Counted from the first letter of the stretch, positions 13,601 through 26,275 are shown. The stretch is 64,000 nt of DNA from Narcine bancroftii (GCF_036971445.1 NC_091470.1:96472001-96536000); one strand, 5' to 3'. Numbers and translations are program-made. Notes: generated by a model from the letters alone, not told the origin.

Positions 13601-16523
13601 TATGGGCTCCTCCCCCAATTCATAGTATTTCTGTTTTGACCTCATAGGTTTGAAGCGTATTATACTTCATTTCTTTGTTTGCTCGAGTCCTGTACTGGTC
13701 CTCTGAGCCTGATTTCTGGTACTCCTTTTCTAAGTGAGTAATTTCTTGCTCCAATTCATCCACCTCCCCCATACATTCTTTCTTCACTGTCTTGGTGTAA
13801 CCAATTATCTGGCCTCTCAAATATGCTTTGAAGGTATCCCATAGGAGAAATTTATCTGGAGTAGAGGAACAGTTGGCCTTGCAAAATACATCTATCTGCA
13901 TTATAAATCTACAAACCTCCGCCTTCTTTAACAGCAACCCATTAAGACGCCATCTGAATGCCATATCCTGCTTATCTGGCATTTCTATTGTTAGTGTCAG
14001 GGTGAGTGATCTGAGAGAAGTCTTACTGTGTACTCATCCTCCATGATCCTACCCTCTATATGGGCTGAAGGCAGGAAAAAGTCAATTCTAGAATAGGAGT
14101 CGTGTTGTTAAGAGCAGAAGAGTAGTCCCTCTCTCTCGGATGCTTCTGTCTCCATACATCTATCAAATTCACCTCCTTCATATAGACAATGGTAGCACTC
14201 GCCTCCTTTGTTTTAGTTATTTTCTTTGATCCAGACAAAATTTAAAATCTTCCTCCCAATCAGGATGTTCTCCTTTCCTTCTGCCAATCTTAGGAAAGTG
14301 CTCTGTAGAAACTTTGCATCATCATAATTGGAGCTGTATACATTTACTAAGGTCCAGGATTCCGAATATATCTGACAGTGCATCATTACAAATCTTCCCG
14401 TTTTATCTGTAGTCACGTTCTCCACTCTCACCAGAACACACTTCCTTATCAGTATTACCACCCCCCTTGCATGTGAACTGAATGAGGAGGATATTACCTG
14501 GTCTACCCAGCCCTTTTTTTATTTTTGGTGTTCCCGCTCCATTAAATGTGTTTCCTGAAGGAAGGCCAGATCCATCCCCATTTTTAAAAATGTGTCCCAA
14601 GACTCATTTGCTCTTTGTTGACCCGTTCAAATTATTAACGTTAAAACTAACGTATTTCATGTTGTTGATCATTGTCCCGGAGATCCTCCAATCTGTGCTT
14701 TCTCCCATGTCCCCGTCGTCCCTTGTCCGTCCGCCTGACCTTATTTTCCCAGCCTGCTGGGCCTGCAACAAACCCTGAAAAGGTAAAACTGAGACCAGGG
14801 TCATATGCCCCAGAAAGGCAAGTTTTTAAAAAAAATGTGCAACTATAGGAAAAAAAGGGAAAAGAAAAATCAGACGAAGACAAAAGATACTACACCGGAC
14901 TTAAAACTCCTTATCCATGTACTTTCCTTCCCCGCCTCTAATACTTCCTCCCCCCAACCTTTGGTGAATTTTACCCTCCATATCATCCCCCTTGTTTCTA
15001 AAGGTTGTGCATTTTGCACCCATCTACCTCTCACCACTCTCTACCCCCACCCCCTCCCGGACCATTTCCTTTCCAAATATTCTTCCTGTAACTTATTTAC
15101 AATATTGTCAGCAGTATATTCATATAAACAAATTAATCGTTAGGCATTACCCCGTGTATATTACTTCTGGCAGACCAGCAGCCGCTTGGCAAATTCCCTG
15201 GCCTCTGACAAAAACTTTCGGCATTATAAATTTTAGAGTTGCCGGGTACCTTAGGACACATCCGTACCCTGTTTGTTTTGCCATCCTCTATTGGACCAAA
15301 TTCTTTTCCTTTGGCTAAGGAGGGCCACACATATCTGGATAAAATAGTAACTTTTTCCCCTCCAGTTCCATCGGCGCCCCCCCCTCCCCCCTTTGCTTTC
15401 GCCATGATCGCCGCCGCCCTTAAAATTTCTCATGATTCTGGTGACTCAAAGGTTCACCAGGACCGTGTGGTCTCTGTCTGGGGCCCGGGCACGGGAAGGG
15501 CGTCCGATGGGCTCTCTCAAACTCTACCATATGCTCCAATTGTTCCTTTCCCAGGACCTCTGGGAGCCAATGCTGGTAAAAAACCCATGGGATCCTTCCC
15601 CTCCTGACTCTCCGGCAGACCTACAATTTTAATAGTATTCCTCTGGCTATGGTTTTCCAGAGTATCTATTCTCTGCCAGAGATGTTCCCTCTCCATCTCG
15701 CAAGCGACAAATTCGGTCTCCAGTTTATTTATTCTGTCTTCACTATTACCAGTTCTGTTCTCCAATTCAGCTACCCTTCCAGCTAAAGCAGTTAGGGCAA
15801 TCTCCCATTTGTCTGTCTTTTATATAGCTTGCCAGTCTTCTCTCCATGGTCAACATAGCCTTTAATATGTCCTACAGTGAAAGCTCCTTGCCTCCTCCCC
15901 TTCTTGTTGATGCCAGGCTGCTGCTGTGATGAGTCCCAGGTCCACCACCAGTGTCTCCCTCCAGGCTGTCATCTGAGTCTTCCTCACTGGGATCCACACT
16001 GGAGCCATCCCCGATGCGGGGTTAAGGTCTCCAGCTCTCCCAGGTTTTTACCCTGCAGCCCATTGCGCTGTGCTCTTAGGCATACTTCGCACGGTGTTCT
16101 TGGTGGGGAGGGGAAGGGACGTGATGCGTGCCGTGCTCCAGAGCTCGGTTTCCCTCGCAGACCCCAGTTTTCTGATGCTCAGTCATCGGGTTTGGACTCG
16201 GCTGGCGCCGACTTCTTGGACGAGCCTTGCACCTCTTTGGCGGGTTGGGCCTCCGATGTCGGGCCTTCTCTGGTGATGGGCCTGGAGCTGGAAGTGCCAT
16301 CTTGGCTTCTACGAGGAGGGCTCGTTCGGGCAGCAGCAGATCCTCCCAGCTTGTTGGCTGTCTTCCCTTGGCTGCAGCTTTTCTTCCCCATTAGGATAAG
16401 CCTTTATTATTAAGACTTTTTAGTTGTTTTCTTCAAATTTTCTAATTTTAAAGTTTTTTCCCACTTTGCTCAGGGAGCTCAAGGGGTCGACATCCTATTG
16501 TTGGCTCTTCATCACGTGACCTC
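10635..16523 (-). mobile_element. Near full-length but inactivated L1-clade LINE (ORF1 and ORF2, many frameshifts)
   Basis: ORF1 remnant LENHSQRNTIKIVGLPE; ORF2 APE start KYVSFNVNNLN; RT PGEDGFP, YRPISLL, LDAEKAFD, QGCPLS; C-terminal LEKITYNLR. Confidence 0.9.
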
Positions 16524-17027
16524 TGTGCATGCATTCGTTTCGCTGTCACCACTTGCACGGAGGCGAGTCGGGTTGGCAGTGTGAGGAAGGTCCTCGTGTA
16601 AAAGTTTCAGTCAACTGGAAAATTTGCATATCTGACATCCGCAATCCCTGTAGGTGCCAGATAATGGGGATTCTACTGTACATACTTGGCTGCAGCAAGA
16701 ATTTTGAACCCTAACCTGTATGTACACTGTACAATGTGTATGACAATAAACTCCTTGGAGGGGCCATTATGAAGGGCAAAGGAGCAGGTAACCTTGCAGG
16801 AAATTTCTCGAGGAGGGATGGGTTTGAGGAAACAGATGCTCTTTGCTGCTTGTGGTTGACATTGAATCCGACAAAACTGTGATGCAGTTGTGGTTCAATA
16901 ACCAGCCTAGCAAAGGAGGTGTAGGCTGTAGAGAGATGGTGTCTTCCATCCCATGTTGCTGGGCATGTACTTCTCTGGGGAAGGAAGGATTGTCGCTGGT
17001 CATCTGTGTAATTTATTGATTTTTCAG

Positions 17028-17213
17028 GCTAGCAATGAGCCGGTGCTGAGGAGGATCACGGTGGATAAGTGCGCTCGTCGCATTCGCCAGGCCCTAGCCA
17101 GCCTCAACTGGGACACCAAGTTAACACAGTGGCTGCACACAACACTGGTGGAAACACTCAGCCTTCCCATGTTGGCCGCCTACCTGGATGTCCTTCAGAC
17201 ATTGAAGTGCAAG
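17028..17213 (+). CDS. KANSL3: KANSL3 coding exon 4
   Basis: [62 protein letters not shown]; ttttcag| and |gtatgt. Confidence 0.96.
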
Positions 17214-17611
17214 GTATGTATGCATGTGCTTGGCTTGCAGCACCCTTCACTCTGGGCAGCTCAAAGCACACTCCAGTTTCGTGAGTACCCAGAGCATAGG
17301 AGTCATCTGCATATAGCAATATCCCACTGGCAGCCACCGTCAAATAGGTGGTAAATCCAGCCTGGCAGTTGCACTGTTGCTCCTAATCCTATTGTCCGTG
17401 TGATGAGTGGGTAAACTGGCCCCTTTGTTCCTCCCCATATCTTGGTGACACCATTTCGTGCAATCCCAGCTGTTGTGCCTGATTGGTTTTGGAATTTTGG
17501 CTTCTCTGTGGTCCTCCCCACGCTGCCACCTTTGGAATACGAGATTTGCAAATCTATGTCCCAATCTCGCACTTTTCGCATAGCCCAGCCCACCTTTTGT
17601 TTATTTGCATG

Positions 17612-17822
17612 GCTAGCGTAAGGCCGTGACAGTGCCAGCGACCTGGTGGTTTGTAAGGTATTCCCCCATGTCTGTGTGGGTTTCCTGCTCCAGTTTCCTC
17701 CCCACTGTTCAGAATATACAAGGGTTGCAAATTAATTGGGGAAATGTGGGTGGCAAAGACTCATGGGCCTGAAGTGCCTGGCACTGTGCTGTTTGTCTAA
17801 TTTTAAAAAAAAATTAAAATTA
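17612..17822 (+). mobile_element. V-SINE copy (tRNA-derived)
   Basis: Core gtctgtgtgggtttcc..ctccagtttcctcccac and tail gtctaattttaaa. Confidence 0.65.
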
Positions 17823-17829
17823 AGCACCT

Positions 17830-18565
17830 CTAATGCCCATTCATGTCTCCCCACCATCAGCCCCTCCCCAGGACCTTCCCCTGTGGCCACAGGAAGTGCC
17901 ATAATTACACCCAAACCTCCTCCCTCACCACCATTCGGGGCCCCAAACAGTCCTTCCAAGTGAAGCCACACTTGTGTATCCATGGGAGTGATAGACTGTA
18001 TCCAGTGTTCCCATTGTTGCCTTCTCTACATCAGAGAGATTGGACACAGACTGGGAGATTGCATCGCTGAGCACCTTCACTCTGTCGGCATCAGTGACCG
18101 GGGGGTCTCCCAATGGCCAACCATTTCAATTCTGTGCCCAACCCCCATACTCACATATCTGTTCATGGTCTCATGTACTATCCCACCAAGACCACCCGTA
18201 AATTGGATGAACAACACCTGATTTTCCATCTGGGCACTCTCCAGCCGGACGGCATTAACGTCGACTTCTCCGGTTTCTGCTGGCCTACTCTCTGTTCTCC
18301 CTTGCTTCCCATTGTCTTCTTTCCTCTAGCTCTCCACCCCTTTTTCTCTCCATTCACAGAGCCATCCTCCCTCCCTCTTTTATCCACCTATTACCTCCTG
18401 CCTGTGGGTCCATGCTCCTTCTATCCCCCCCTCCACTACCATTTTGTTTGGGAGCCTCCCTGCATTGTGCCCGTATCTTGATGAAATGTCGGTTCTGTGT
18501 CGTTATCTTTGCTATATAAAGGACACTGTTTGATCTACTGAGTTTCTCCAGCTTTGTGTTTTTAC
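17830..18565 (+). mobile_element. Penelope-like element 3' part (GIY-YIG endonuclease)
   Basis: GVIDCIQCSHCCLLYIREIGHRLGDCIAEHL...ANHFNS...KLDEQHLIFHLGTLQPDGINVDFS. Confidence 0.8.
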
Positions 18566-18629
18566 TGTCGTGCCAAGAGGCCAGCCACTGATTCCCGTCC
18601 TCTCCTGCATCACTGTGGATCTGCTATAA

Positions 18630-19075
18630 TCCAAAACTTAAAATTTTCACCTTAAAATCGGGTCGTCCTACACAAAGAGTCTGAAATTCTTATGTTGACG
18701 ACGATATCTCAACACCACTGCCACTTTTCTCTGCCTCCAGTGCAATCTCGCACGTGCCCTGTTAGTTTTTTTTGCGAAGTCTCAGCGCTCCCCCACAGGG
18801 AACGTCCAACCAGTGTGACTGCTTTCGGCTATGTTCAGGGTTTGACCAACAGTGGTTTAAAATATCCAAATAAAATTTAAATGTTTAAATGATCATTTGT
18901 TATTAAAATATTGTTATTTGGCTTTTAACTGCATCCACTGGTCAGCGGTAGGGCCAGATTTTTTTGGGCGGGGGTGTCATCTTATTCAAAGGGTATCGCT
19001 CAAAACAAATATTTTAGGTGGAAATTCCATGGTCGTCCTACACGCACGCTGTCCTATACAATGGCATATACGGTA
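18630..19075. mobile_element. Tc1/mariner-like non-autonomous element; related copy at 21417-21820
   Basis: Two diverged copies share internal blocks and end in atatacggta/atatatggta. Confidence 0.5.
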
Positions 19076-19149
19076 CATTCATTTTAGCTTCTCACAGCCA
19101 CAAAATGCTCCCCTCACCCTTTTCTCCTGCTCTGGATGTTCTCACACAG

Positions 19150-19281
19150 CTTCCAACACTGATTGATAAAATGATCATCTCTTCCACTGCCAAATCTGGG
19201 GCTGCTGGGGCGGAGGCTCTGCCCTTGCTGTTGAAGCGGCCATGGGATCCTGCAGTTGGAGTCCTCTCCCACAACAAACCG
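19150..19281 (+). CDS. KANSL3: KANSL3 coding exon 5
   Basis: [44 protein letters not shown]; cacag| and |gtgagt. Confidence 0.96.
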
Positions 19282-19332
19282 GTGAGTCACAGAAACCTCT
19301 CAAAGTGTGGGACAGTTGCATAAGGATTAAAC

Positions 19333-19487
19333 CAATGGTTCTCAACCTTTTTCTTTCCAATCGCATACCATCTCAACTAATCCCTTACTAACCACAGAGC
19401 ACCTATGCCATCTATACCATAGGTGCTCTGTGGTTAGTAAAGGATTACTTGGTATGTGAGTTGGGAAAAAAAGGTTGAGAACCATTG
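19333..19487. mobile_element. hAT-type palindromic MITE
   Basis: TIR caatggttctcaacc...ggttgagaaccattg flanked by 8-bp TSD gattaaac (19325-19332 and 19488-19495). Confidence 0.9.
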
Positions 19488-19599
19488 GATTAAACCCTTG
19501 CTGTGAATATTGCACATGAAAGTAAAATAAAGGAAGCCAGAATGATGTGGGAACTGGTACATTGGGTAAAAGCAGTGAAACTCTGGGATTACTCTGGGA

Positions 19600-19790
19600 C
19601 GGCACAGTTATCGTTGCGTTTAGCGCCACGCTGTTACAGCACCAGCGATTGGGATTCGAATCCTGTTCTGTCTTGTCTGGAAGGAGTTTGTACATTCTCC
19701 CAGTGTCTGTGTGAGTTTCCTCCGGGGGCTCCAATTTCCTCCCACACTTCCAAACATGCCTGGGTTTGTAGGTGAATTGGGTAGGACATG
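19600..19790 (+). mobile_element. V-SINE copy
   Basis: Head ggcacagtta...gattcgaatcc (A/B boxes) plus V core. Confidence 0.75.
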
Positions 19791-20413
19791 CAACAAACTG
19801 ATGCCCATATCAACTCTGCCCTGGCTTGTGCCCTGAAGAGGCCACTCCAGCTACTATCAGAGTTTCACTACTCGTGGTCGACCATGACTGACGGAGACCA
19901 CAAAAAATGTCTAAATTATTTGGATTTGAACTTCTTTCTGAGGATGTTGTTGCACCAGTGAGTTTGGGATTTCATGGCAATTGATGTGATGAGCCACCAC
20001 TCTGAATTGCTGTCAGCTTGGTGGGATGAGCGCTGGGGTGAAGGTGAGGAAGGGTGCAGAAGATGCCCTTCTGCCGCCCTGTTTTCTGCCTGCAGGAAGG
20101 GTGCAGAACTGGCCATGGGAGCCAGGGCAGCATAGCAGCCGAGTGCTGTGCAGCGGGCAGCGTGTGGTGTGGGACAGCATACATGTCACCACCTGGGGTG
20201 GGGACAGCGTACGTCACTGGGGGTGGGGACACAGTGTACATGTCATCAGGGCTGGGGAAATGGTGAACATGTCACCGGGGGATGGGGAGATGGCATACAT
20301 GTCACCTGGGGGTGGGAGACAGTGTACGTGTCACCTCCAGTGGAGGGGAGGGGTTTGATTAGGACTCCCCACCACAGGAAGAATGTTTTAATGCTTGTGC
20401 TTCTACCTGACAG

Positions 20414-20530
20414 AGTAAAGTGCCAGGGTCTCCTCTGCTCCTCATTGTTCCCAGTGGACCAACAAATAACACCTCGTCTGCATTGCGCAGGAATCGGTTC
20501 TGGTTGTCCCAGCTGTCATGTTTGGGAAAG
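20414..20530 (+). CDS. KANSL3: KANSL3 coding exon 6
   Basis: [39 protein letters not shown]; gacag| and |gtcagt. Confidence 0.93.
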
Positions 20531-20814
20531 GTCAGTTGAGTCAGCTGTGTATCAGGTGTTGGGGTGTTCACTTTCTGGAGAAGTGGTTCAGGCTGCATCT
20601 CCTCGCCGTGGACATTTCCATGAAATGTTATCTAAATAAACTCCAGGCAGAGAGCTTCATGGCCATTTTTGAATACTGCCAAAATATTGAAAGAACAGTA
20701 GAAAGATGGGGTGTCCTCCCTCCATCATGCCCATACGAAGGCTTGGGAACAGGAGCAGTCATCCATCTGGCCCGTCGAGTAAGGTCGTGGCTGACAGCTC
20801 CACCTATCTGCCCT

Positions 20815-21383
20815 TCCCAAAAGGTTTGCTTCCTGAAAAACATACCGGGGATCATGATAGACAACTTCACACTGAATGCAAAGATAATGTCACATTTGCT
20901 GTATCACGTAGGAAGTTGGAGAAACATTAAATTTATTGAATTAAATCGCATAATAATGCTAACACATTGCATCAGTTCAACTGGCCTAAAAATATTTTAC
21001 CGCTGATTTTCTTTTGTACTCAGCATCTGATCCCTCTCATGTCAGTGTCCAACAATAGCCAGAATTGATGGATTCCTGTTGTCCTGATACCTCTTTTCCA
21101 TGGTCACAATGTCCTGGTGAAACCTTTCACCATGTTCGTCACTGACTGCACCAAGATCAGTAGGGAAGGAGCCCAAGCGCGAATGAGAAAATGACTTTTC
21201 AATGACATGTTGAATTTCATGGATTTGTAGCTTGAAGAAGACTTAAAATATGGCAGGAAATCACAAAAATAGGTTATATCTAAAAAAAACGGTACGTGAA
21301 AGGAAAGTTTTTGTGATCAGCAACTCAAAATTTATAAAATCCACCCAAAAGTTTTCAGGAAGCAATATCTTCATTGTCCTGTG
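20815..21383 (-). mobile_element. Second internally deleted Chapaev3-like element
   Basis: Same structure as 9249-9843; remnant DLGAVSDEHGERFHQDIVTMEKRYQ. Confidence 0.55.
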
Positions 21384-22211
21384 AACCTGTCAGCCTTAAA
21401 TACAAACAACCCTGGAACTTAAAAATTTCACTTTAAAATCAGCGGTCCTCCTATATGCCTGGTCTAAATTTCTTCACTTGGCATAATCTTCCCGCTGGTT
21501 CCAACGTAATCTTGCAAAGTTATTTGCAAAGTTTCAGTGCTCCCCTGCAGGGTCCATCTGCCCGGTCTGACTGCTGATGGCTCTGTATAGACTTTAAATG
21601 GTCTGTTACAGGAGTTGACTTTAAAAAAAAAATTCAACTAAAATTTAAACCTTCCAATGATAACTTGTTATTTAAAATATTGTGATTTGGCTTTTAACTG
21701 CATCCATTGGTCAATGGTAAGTGTCCGATTTTGGGGGTCGTCTTATACAAACCCTATCGCTCAAAACCAACATTTTAGGTGAGAATTCTGGGTCATCCTG
21801 TACAGCACCATATATGGTATATTTAAGTATCAATAGCTTAATTGAACTGAGTGAAGTAGGTTCAAACCCCTATCCACTCAACCTTTCCCATTGGGAAGCA
21901 GGAGCACTGGTGAGGGAGGCAGAGGAGGGGGGGGGTTTGGGTTGGGAAGAGGGTCACTGCCTTTGTGGTGGAGAGGGAAAGGGGGGAGAAGGGATTGGGC
22001 TACATTGGGAGAGGGGCATGGTTTGCATGAATGGTATAACGTGGAGGAAATTGGCAGCTAGTTGAGGGAATGACTTTCCCAAGCGTTGCGAGCGGGTGAA
22101 AGGGTAGGGTGGGGTGTGATGCAGCAGATCACGTTCACCATCAGGTCTTCTGAGTGTTGAACGCTATTCTCGAAGCAGGCACATGTTTTACTTCAGGTTC
22201 TTGTCCGACAG

Positions 22212-22313
22212 GTTGTCCCAGTCACTGTACACACTGTGAATGGTGGTTCAGGAGTGAGTGTGTCGCAATGTCTTGAGCACATGATCGGGGCTGTCCGAGC
22301 AAAGATCCTAGAG
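22212..22313 (+). CDS. KANSL3: KANSL3 coding exon 7
   Basis: VVPVTVHTVNGGSGVSVSQCLEHMIGAVRAKILE; gacag| and |gttggt. Confidence 0.92.
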
Positions 22314-22684
22314 GTTGGTAATGCGATGATCCGAAGTTGGTGACAAAACAGGCCTCTTGGGGTCAGAGCCCACACTGCCTGGATTTTCCTACTGTCTGCC
22401 ATCTCCTAGTATTTCAAATCTTGCCAGTGAGCAGATACACCTTGTTATTTATTTGAGTCAAATAGTCACATCTCCTTGAGTTCTACATTTGAGATTCGCA
22501 ATTCTTGTCCCAATCTCTTCCATTCTCTCATTTATTTTGATTGGATATATGATGTGATCTTAGAAATCTAGTATTTGGATGTTGGGTGTAAGGTGGTGAT
22601 GAATTAAAGTTGGTTATTGACAAGTTCACAGAGAATGCTTCAAATTATAACTCGTGTGTGTGTGTCTCTCTCTCTCTCTTCCAG

Positions 22685-22756
22685 CTACAGACTCACTTTC
22701 CAAGCAGACCAATTGTACTGATGGGTTGGAACGTTGCAGCCCTCATTGCTTGCCAC
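22685..22756 (+). CDS. KANSL3: KANSL3 coding exon 8
   Basis: LQTHFPSRPIVLMGWNVAALIACH (human [24 protein letters not shown]); (ct)n ttccag| and |gtaagg. Confidence 0.93.
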
Positions 22757-23082
22757 GTAAGGTCATGCCTGTGAGATCTGGGTTGCTAATTAGCTTGTTG
22801 TTTCCAGATGAATTGCTCACCTCATACATATGCCGAAGGTGGGAGAGTGGCTCCTGCATTAGTTAACATAGTGATGCTTGCAGGAAGGGCCATTCCATTA
22901 ACTCAGCTGCAAACTCAGGGCTTGGCCATAAGAAACATGACTGGTCAGGAAGCTAAGTCACAGTCATGAGAAAGCCAGCCACAGATCAGCAGTGGGAACG
23001 AACAGGATCCATGCCAAGGATTGAAGAACTGAAGGCCTATTGATAAATCTGTGTTGACTTTGCACATGCAACCAAAAAAAGG

Positions 23083-23325
23083 GTAGTACAGTTAGGGCAA
23101 TGCTGTTACAGCACCAGTGACCAGGGTTCAAATCCTGCGCTGTCCAAAGGGAGTTTGTACATCCTTCCTGTAACTGCATGGGTTTCCTCTGGGTGCTCCA
23201 GTTTCCTCTCACCCTCCAAAAATTTACCGGGGTTGAGGTCAATTGGGTGTGATTGTGCCGCACAGGCTTGTGGGCTGAAAGGACCTGTAACCGTGCTGTA
23301 TGTCTAAATTTTTTTAAATTAAAAT
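23083..23325 (+). mobile_element. V-SINE copy
   Basis: gggttcaaatcc B box, V core, tail gtatgtctaaatttt. Confidence 0.75.
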
Positions 23326-23634
23326 TTATCCTCTGGTTTGGCTGTACACTGCATTCTCACGGTGTGTCCATGTTCCAGAGAAGACACGGTCCTTTCTGCT
23401 AGAGCTCAGGTGGTTCGTACTTGCAGCCATGAGGGAGTCCAGTTGTTGCCTCAACCTCCTGACTTGCCCTTCCCTTTCATCCCTGCATTCATATGCTCTG
23501 CTTGTACACAGAACATTAGAGCACAGTATAGGCCCTTCGTCCTACAATGTTGTGTCGACCTATACAAACCTACTCAACAATATAAAATTTCCCTAACTTG
23601 TACCCACAACTCTTTTTCTTGCATCTCTGTGCCT

Positions 23635-23707
23635 ATCTCCGATAGTTCAGTGGTTAGAGCACTTGCCTCGTAAATCAGGGGTCATGAGTTCATTCTTGCT
23701 GGGGCCT
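23635..23707 (+). pseudogene. tRNA-Thr-derived sequence (pseudogene or SINE head)
   Basis: ctccgatagttcagtggttagagcacttgcctcgtaaatcaggggtcatgagttcattcttgctggggcct aligns to vertebrate tRNA-Thr(TGT) body; stems and T-loop damaged. Confidence 0.7.
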
Positions 23708-23866
23708 CATGAGGGGCACTTGACTAGACAAAGTTAAAGAATTTCATGATATGTTACATTCTATATATAAACATTCTAATACTGGAACCTTTACTTATCT
23801 AAAACCACTTTCATGTGTTCTGATAGAAGATTAGGCGCCTGCAGGTACAGCTAGCAGAGCCCAGCT

Positions 23867-24750
23867 GGCACATTCAGGTGGCCACAAAATGGATGGCTTT
23901 GTGGCACCTAAACGTGCCAGCTGACTGCTAGCCGCCTAGCAGCGAAAGCTGGCTACTCTGGACAGGTGCCTAGTCCCACCTACGCTGACCTCCCGTCATA
24001 GCAGCGTGTCAAGGCATGCCTGACAAATAGCTCAGGCCATGACTTGACTCCCGCTGCCCGTCTCTCGCCTACCCGACTCCCGCTGCCGGTTTCCCCCTTG
24101 CCCGCCCGACTCCTGCTGCCTGTCTTCTCCCCCCCCACCCTCGCTCGCCCAACTCCCGTTGCCGCTGCTGGGAACCCCCACCCTCACCCGGCCGACTCTC
24201 GCTGCCAGTCTCCCTCCCCCCCCCCCCCCCCACCACTGCAGCTGCTTCGGGGATTGGGGGGGAAGGAGACTGGCAGCGGGAGTTGGGTAGGCGAGGGTGG
24301 GGGTGAAGAATGGCGGCGGGAGTCGGGCAGGCGAGGGTTGAGGGGGATGGGAGACTGGCAGCGGGAGTCGGGCGGGCGAGGGGGGGAGACCAGCAGCGGG
24401 AGTCAGGCAGGCGAGGGTGGATGGGGGAAGAAACCGGCAGCAGGAGTCGGGCGGGCGAGTGTGGGGGGGGCGGGGGGGGGGGGGTGGGGACCGGCAGCGG
24501 GAGAGGGTGCAAAATAAAATTTAAAGAAGTCTACTTTAGTCTGCGAATTCATCAGCCTGCCCCCTGGCAGCCCGGCCGCTTTCAGCTACCACAGTCAATA
24601 CTCCGAGCAGGATAGTTATGTCTTTCAGAGAAGGGTTAGGTGAGTAACCCTCCTGGCCGGCTTTTCCGGTTTCAGATGGCCACCCGACAGCCACACAGGA
24701 GTCTTCTGTGCGACTTTACAGCGGGGCTTTGTGGCCACCTGAAAGTGGCT
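23867..24750. mobile_element. PIF/Harbinger-like MITE with internal GC-rich inverted repeat array
   Basis: Terminal inverted repeats ttcaggtggccacaaa / tttgtggccacctgaa, right end followed by TAA; interior 24045-24510 is a C-rich array mirrored by a G-rich array. Confidence 0.55.
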
Positions 24751-25177
24751 TAAGAATCCCTCTTGTACCAGCCTCCGCCACCACCCCGAGCAATGCATTT
24801 CAGGCACACCCACTATTCTGTTTTTAAAAAAAACTTGCCCAACTTCTCCCCTAATCTTTCCTACCCCCACCCTCTGCAGATGCCCTCGTTTTTCTGCAAC
24901 ATGCCCTTTGTTTCTGCTCACTCAATATATTAGAGATTTGCCACTGTAGGATGTTCCAAAGTGGCCCTCAGCCAATGTGGATTGAGATACAGAATAAAAT
25001 TTGCTCTTTTGTGGCAAAAAAAATTAACTAATTCAACACAAAATTAATTATCTTCAACTCGTGTTTCTTGTGGCTGGTCAAATGACTTGGGTTCGCATTA
25101 TAGAAAATTGGGATATCGGTCACAACCCTCCTACCTTGTACCAGGAGTGGCTAGGTTGGAGGGAAGCACTGGCTTCC

Positions 25178-25301
25178 TGCTGTCAGGATGTGTACCGTGA
25201 GTGTTACAGGTGTGTAAGGAAAAACTGCCTCCAGTTACCTGCTGTCAGGATGTGTACTGTGAGTGTTACAGGTGTGTAAGGAAGCACTGCCTACGGTTAC
25301 C
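25178..25301. repeat. 62-bp tandem duplication just upstream of the exon 9 acceptor
   Basis: tgctgtcaggatgtgtac(c/t)gtgagtgttacaggtgtgtaaggaa... present twice. Confidence 0.9.
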
Positions 25302-25320
25302 CACTGTGTTTCTGTTGCAG

Positions 25321-25395
25321 GTTTCAGTAATGGAATTTGTCTCGGCTGTTGTTTGCCTGGGGTTTCCTCTTTTCACTGTGGATGGGCCAAGAGGA
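25321..25395 (+). CDS. KANSL3: KANSL3 coding exon 9
   Basis: VSVMEFVSAVVCLGFPLFTVDGPRG; ttgcag| and |gtgagt. Confidence 0.95.
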
Positions 25396-25679
25396 GTGAG
25401 TGTCAAATTGACTTAATTCCTTTTAAGAAGTATTTTTGGGATAATAATTTGTGCCTATTTTTCAATTTAAGGCACATCCTCATGCACAGAATAGGCTAGA
25501 TAGGAAGTAAAGCACCCACTCCAACGGTCTTAAAATGCATCACACTGGAAGGGAGGGTGCAGTAGAGAGGTCAAATGAAGATGATTCCAGAATTTGTTGC
25601 TTTGGATTCAGGAAGTGTGACTGTCTCCCTTTTGGGAGGAGTGTCCAGGCCGATGGCTCCCAGGCCACATCTCTAGTCC

Positions 25680-26275
25680 CACACACACACCCACTTACTG
25701 TATACATATAAACACATACTGTATACTAAAACGCTATACATATAAACACATACTGTATACATAAACACTGTATACATAAACATACTGTATACGTATACAT
25801 GTGAATACTGTGTACATATAAATGCACATACTGTTTACATAAGCATTCTGTACATATAAACGCGCATACTACATATAAACACATTGTATACATATAAACA
25901 CTATATAAACACATACTGTATACATATAAATGTGCATACTGTATACATAAGCACACACACTGTTTACATAAGCATACTGTGTACATATAAACACACTATA
26001 CATATAAACACACATACTGTGTTTATATAAACACATACTGTATACATATAAATATACACACTACATAAACCCATACTGTATACATATAAATGCATAAACA
26101 TGCATACTGTGTACATATAAACACACTATGCATTATAAGCGTGCATACTGTGTATATATAAACACACACATACTGCATACATATAAACACACGTTATAAA
26201 CACTCGCATACTGTGTACATATAAACATGCATATATAAACACACACTGTATACGTATATACACACAAACACAAAC
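25680..26275. repeat. Degenerate (CA/TA)-rich tandem repeat
   Basis: Repeating catactgtatacatataaacac-like units. Confidence 0.9.

Noticed and set aside
23635-23707. Functional tRNA-Thr(CGT) gene
   Set aside because: Acceptor, anticodon and T stems are mismatched, the B box is damaged and there is no oligo-T terminator
24044-24615. Pro/Gly-rich ORFs on both strands
   Set aside because: Translation of the palindromic GC-rich MITE interior
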